The notes below the pieces were generated by a model. That model was not told where the DNA came from. It searched no databases and saw only the letters and a list, made by a program, of their open reading frames with translations. Made by a program: the position numbers and the translations under genes. DNA of 64,000 nucleotides from the NCBI GenBank assembly GCA_032718475.1, contig JAUCBJ010001208.1, forward strand, positions 5,028-69,027, given 5' to 3'. Positions 61,327 to 64,000 of the stretch are shown piece by piece. Source of the stretch: Nemertoderma westbladi (Eukaryota; Animalia; Xenacoelomorpha). Each line of letters begins with the position of its first letter. The stretch's first letter is position 1.

Positions 61327-63999
61327 ATGAGTGACACACCCCATTCGACGAGATACCCACCTACCGACTATGACTCGTGCGACCCGGACAGATCGACAGT
61401 AGACGAACCGAGAAGGAGAACCCGAGATTCCACCGATGTCACACCGCTTGCGTCGCCGGTACCCCGAACGGAAATACCGGAAGCCGCAACGCGTGGCGAC
61501 GGCAGAATCGAAGATTTCCTTACCGTCCCGCAGACTAGATCACGGGAACCGGACATGGTAAGTTCGACTGGGAGCCAGGAGAACGTTATTAGAAGTATAG
61601 GAGGACACATGGCCCAGATTACTCGGAACCTCGGAGAAGGTTTTCGCGTTTTACGCGAGTTAACCGCCCCGATGTCGAGATACGAGTTCTACACCTTACA
61701 GGTAAGGATAGAAAGTAGGGTACATGCCTCCGTAGATAAACTTAAAGGTTTGCACGAACTTGCAGAGTTGCGTGGCGACAACTTTACTCAGGTAAAGATA
61801 GTAGATAAATTGGTAAGTGCGAGAGAAAGCCTTATCCAGTTTAAGTCGGTAATAAGCTTGGCTCAACAGGAGCAGTTCGACCAACTGCTAGGTGAGTCAG
61901 TTTCGGACGCGTTGTTACAACCCGAAGAGGAAGAAGAACTCTACTGCCTGGACGGAAGGTTGGAAACGCTGACCAATTTTCTTCGTAGATGCGGCGTACC
62001 GATCGACGAACCGGAAGTCGAACCGCGAGGGACGACGGAAGTTCTCACTACGGAAGGCTCGCGAGCCTACCAACATCCACCACTGGATAGATCGTTCGTT
62101 AGCGTACGGAGCGACGTTGGCAACGTTGGCGACGTTAGTAGAACAGCGTCTGGAATTACTCGACAACAACAGGAGGTTGCACGCCGACAACAAGTCGCCG
62201 AGGAAGAAGCGCGACACCAGATGGCACAGATTGCCATCGAAGGAGAGAAACAACGTAGAGAGGACGAGGCAAGAATTGCACAACTCAAGGCGCAAGCCGA
62301 ATTCGAAGCATCAGAAATGCGCAGACTGGAGGAGGACTTAGCGCGAGAAGCGGCAGCCGACGAGTTAGCACGACAGGCGGCAGCTGACGTGTTAGCACGA
62401 CAGGCGGCAGCTGACGAGTTAGCACGGAAGAAAGCAGCATCCGACGCTCGTGCCAAGTTGGAGGCGCGACAAATAAACGCACGATTAGCTATACAGGAAG
62501 CGGAATTAGCGGCACAACAACAGGATGCAGATCGACGCGAAAGGGAGATGCAACTACAGTTCGAATTGAATCGTAGATCGCGCGAGACAGCGAACGCGCA
62601 AGCGGACCTCGAACTCGACGCGAGAGATAGATCTATAAGATCGCGAACTGGACACGACTTGTCTGCCCTGGATCGTATGGAAGCTCGATATCGCGGAATA
62701 CAGAAGCGGATCGAGGAAGGAAGCGTGGGAGCGATAGATCGAGGAGAGGAGTTCGTCGAGGATTACTGCAAACGTTTTCCCCAAGTTATTCCTATGCTCA
62801 AACCCACGACTCCGATAAAACCGGTCTTCGTTACGAAACCTAAGGAAATAACGCCTGTGCGTTCGACGCAAGGCAACAGGTTTGTTGTGACGGAATTACC
62901 GCAACCTAGGGCGACTTCATCGCCAATTTTAGCAGGTAACGTAACTAGTCCACCTACAGTAAGTCGTAGTCTACTTGTAGGAAGAGAGGAACCTGCGTTT
63001 ATGACCATTAAACAGGTGAGTAAACCATTACAAGTTAAACCTGTGACGTGCTGTGCAAATCCAGTTATTTACAGACCGACTACGAAACCCGACTATTTCA
63101 CTCGACCGTTGACACAATGTTCGACGCAACCTACGACTTCGTGGAAGGCTTGCGAGCCTACCGAACTACGGAGGAGGATGGATGTGGGTAGTACCCACGG
63201 GATCGGACAACGTATAGCGAGACCTACGACTTCGTGGAAGGCTTGCGAGCCTACCGAACAACGGAGAGCCGTAGATTCCGGACCACAACGGACGAAATCG
63301 AGAATAATACGCCGGACACGAACCCGCCAGCCACCTTATCCGGACGACAGCGATTCATCCAGTGACTCGGAGTCGACGGAACGGGAAATATTCCGTACTG
63401 GAGCGGCGGAAGATTACAAACGGGAGGAACGATCGACGAACCCCTATATCGACAATCCTCCACGAGAAACACCCCAACAGAAACCCACGTTGAAACCAGC
63501 GGAAACGATCAGCGCTAAACAGTTCACCGAGATGACGGACAGAATAGCTCAACTCGAAGAACGACTCGAAGCGCAACCGTCGGATCGATCACGGACCAGC
63601 GTGGAGTTGGAACAACCTAGACAACATCGACCACCGAGGAGAGAACAGGAGACTAGACGGACTCCGACACATCGAGAAGAAGATCCCGTTAATAATTCCT
63701 ACCGACGAACAACGCGCGGAAGGGAGCGACTGGACGACGCCGCCGAACAGGGACGCGGACAGTTGGATTTAGTTAGCGAGATTGCGAAATTCGCGGCTAG
63801 ACACGGATTACCGGCACAGCAACCGCCGAAGTTCTCTGGCAACGCGAAACACTGGCGCACACTGGTAGACTACGTAGAGTCCCAGATCGCTAAGTGTGCT
63901 TTCACCTCGACGGAGAAGTTTAACTACTTGCTCCAAGTTCTGTCTGGTGAGCCGAAACGATTAGCGGAAACCTTTATTGGTGTTCCCGATGCCTTTGAA
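61327..63999 (+). CDS. gag: BEL/Pao Gag(-Pol) of element C, open to the window end (missing from the ORF track)
   Basis: Manual translation shows no stop from ATG 61327; coiled coil with ADELARQAA repeats; Pao capsid-region motif LPAQQPPKFSGNAKHW..EKFNYLLQVLSGEPK near 63810-63960. Confidence 0.9.
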   Translation, partial: MSDTPHSTRYPPTDYDSCDPDRSTVDEPRRRTRDSTDVTPLASPVPRTEIPEAATRGDGRIEDFLTVPQTRSREPDMVSSTGSQENVIRSIGGHMAQITRNLGEGFRVLRELTAPMSRYEFYTLQVRIESRVHASVDKLKGLHELAELRGDNFTQVKIVDKLVSARESLIQFKSVISLAQQEQFDQLLGESVSDALLQPEEEEELYCLDGRLETLTNFLRRCGVPIDEPEVEPRGTTEVLTTEGSRAYQHPPLDRSFVSVRSDVGNVGDVSRTASGITRQQQEVARRQQVAEEEARHQMAQIAIEGEKQRREDEARIAQLKAQAEFEASEMRRLEEDLAREAAADELARQAAADVLARQAAADELARKKAASDARAKLEARQINARLAIQEAELAAQQQDADRREREMQLQFELNRRSRETANAQADLELDARDRSIRSRTGHDLSALDRMEARYRGIQKRIEEGSVGAIDRGEEFVEDYCKRFPQVIPMLKPTTPIKPVFVTKPKEITPVRSTQGNRFVVTELPQPRATSSPILAGNVTSPPTVSRSLLVGREEPAFMTIKQVSKPLQVKPVTCCANPVIYRPTTKPDYFTRPLTQCSTQPTTSWKACEPTELRRRMDVGSTHGIGQRIARPTTSWKACEPTEQRRAVDSGPQRTKSRIIRRTRTRQPPYPDDSDSSSDSESTEREIFRTGAAEDYKREERSTNPYIDNPPRETPQQKPTLKPAETISAKQFTEMTDRIAQLEERLEAQPSDRSRTSVELEQPRQHRPPRREQETRRTPTHREEDPVNNSYRRTTRGRERLDDAAEQGRGQLDLVSEIAKFAARHGLPAQQPPKFSGNAKHWRTLVDYVESQIAKCAFTSTEKFNYLLQVLSGEPKRLAETFIGVPDAFE

Positions 64000-64000
64000 T

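Larger units (their letters stand above)
58070..64000 (+). mobile_element. BEL/Pao element C (sister family of A), 5' part; LTR about 58070-60396 inferred from homology
   Basis: Shares with A the tRNA-like module, CCAAT/TATA, ATTCGTGAGTAT, CATATAAATCACACCGCGGCAAGT, GGATTCGCTGCGCGGG, CTGCCTCACCGGTTA, the leader mini-exon and the Gag N-terminus. Confidence 0.85.

Noticed and set aside
61368-63576. Many short minus-strand ORFs (also 5072-8164, 13160-16472, 48367-50578)
   Set aside because: Antisense or alternate-frame shadows of the long gag, pol, accessory and polB frames.

Overview
AT-rich, repeat-dense eukaryotic (invertebrate-like) genomic DNA, not prokaryotic. (1) Three related BEL/Pao LTR retrotransposons. 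Element A (<1-19224) has near-identical ~1.9 kb LTRs and is internally deleted. Element B is nested in A's gag (2834-11311) and carries an in-frame Gag/RNaseH/integrase fusion. Element C (~58070->64000) has an open gag running off the window. (2) A minus-strand spliced host gene for a secreted beta/gamma-crystallin + fibronectin type II protein (~22911-29872). (3) A decaying Polinton/Maverick (adintovirus-like, ~37.9-53.6 kb) with integrase, two minor capsids, core protein, major capsid, adenain, DEDD nuclease, a TBP-like gene, pPolB and a PC4-like gene. (4) Fragments of RTE LINE, copia, Kolobok, piggyBac, hAT, Merlin-like and DINE/Helentron-like elements. The most novel-looking system is the BEL/Pao lineage. 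It has no tRNA primer-binding site; instead a covarying 10-11 nt complement lies inside its own LTR (possible self-priming). It also carries a tRNA-like Pol III module in U3, a probably spliced env-position gene encoding a WRN/EXD-type 3'-5' exonuclease plus three zinc knuckles, duplicated hairpin+GGAGCGG signals, and a dispersed 17-nt near-palindrome used in all three reading frames. All calls were made by eye; no database searches were run.
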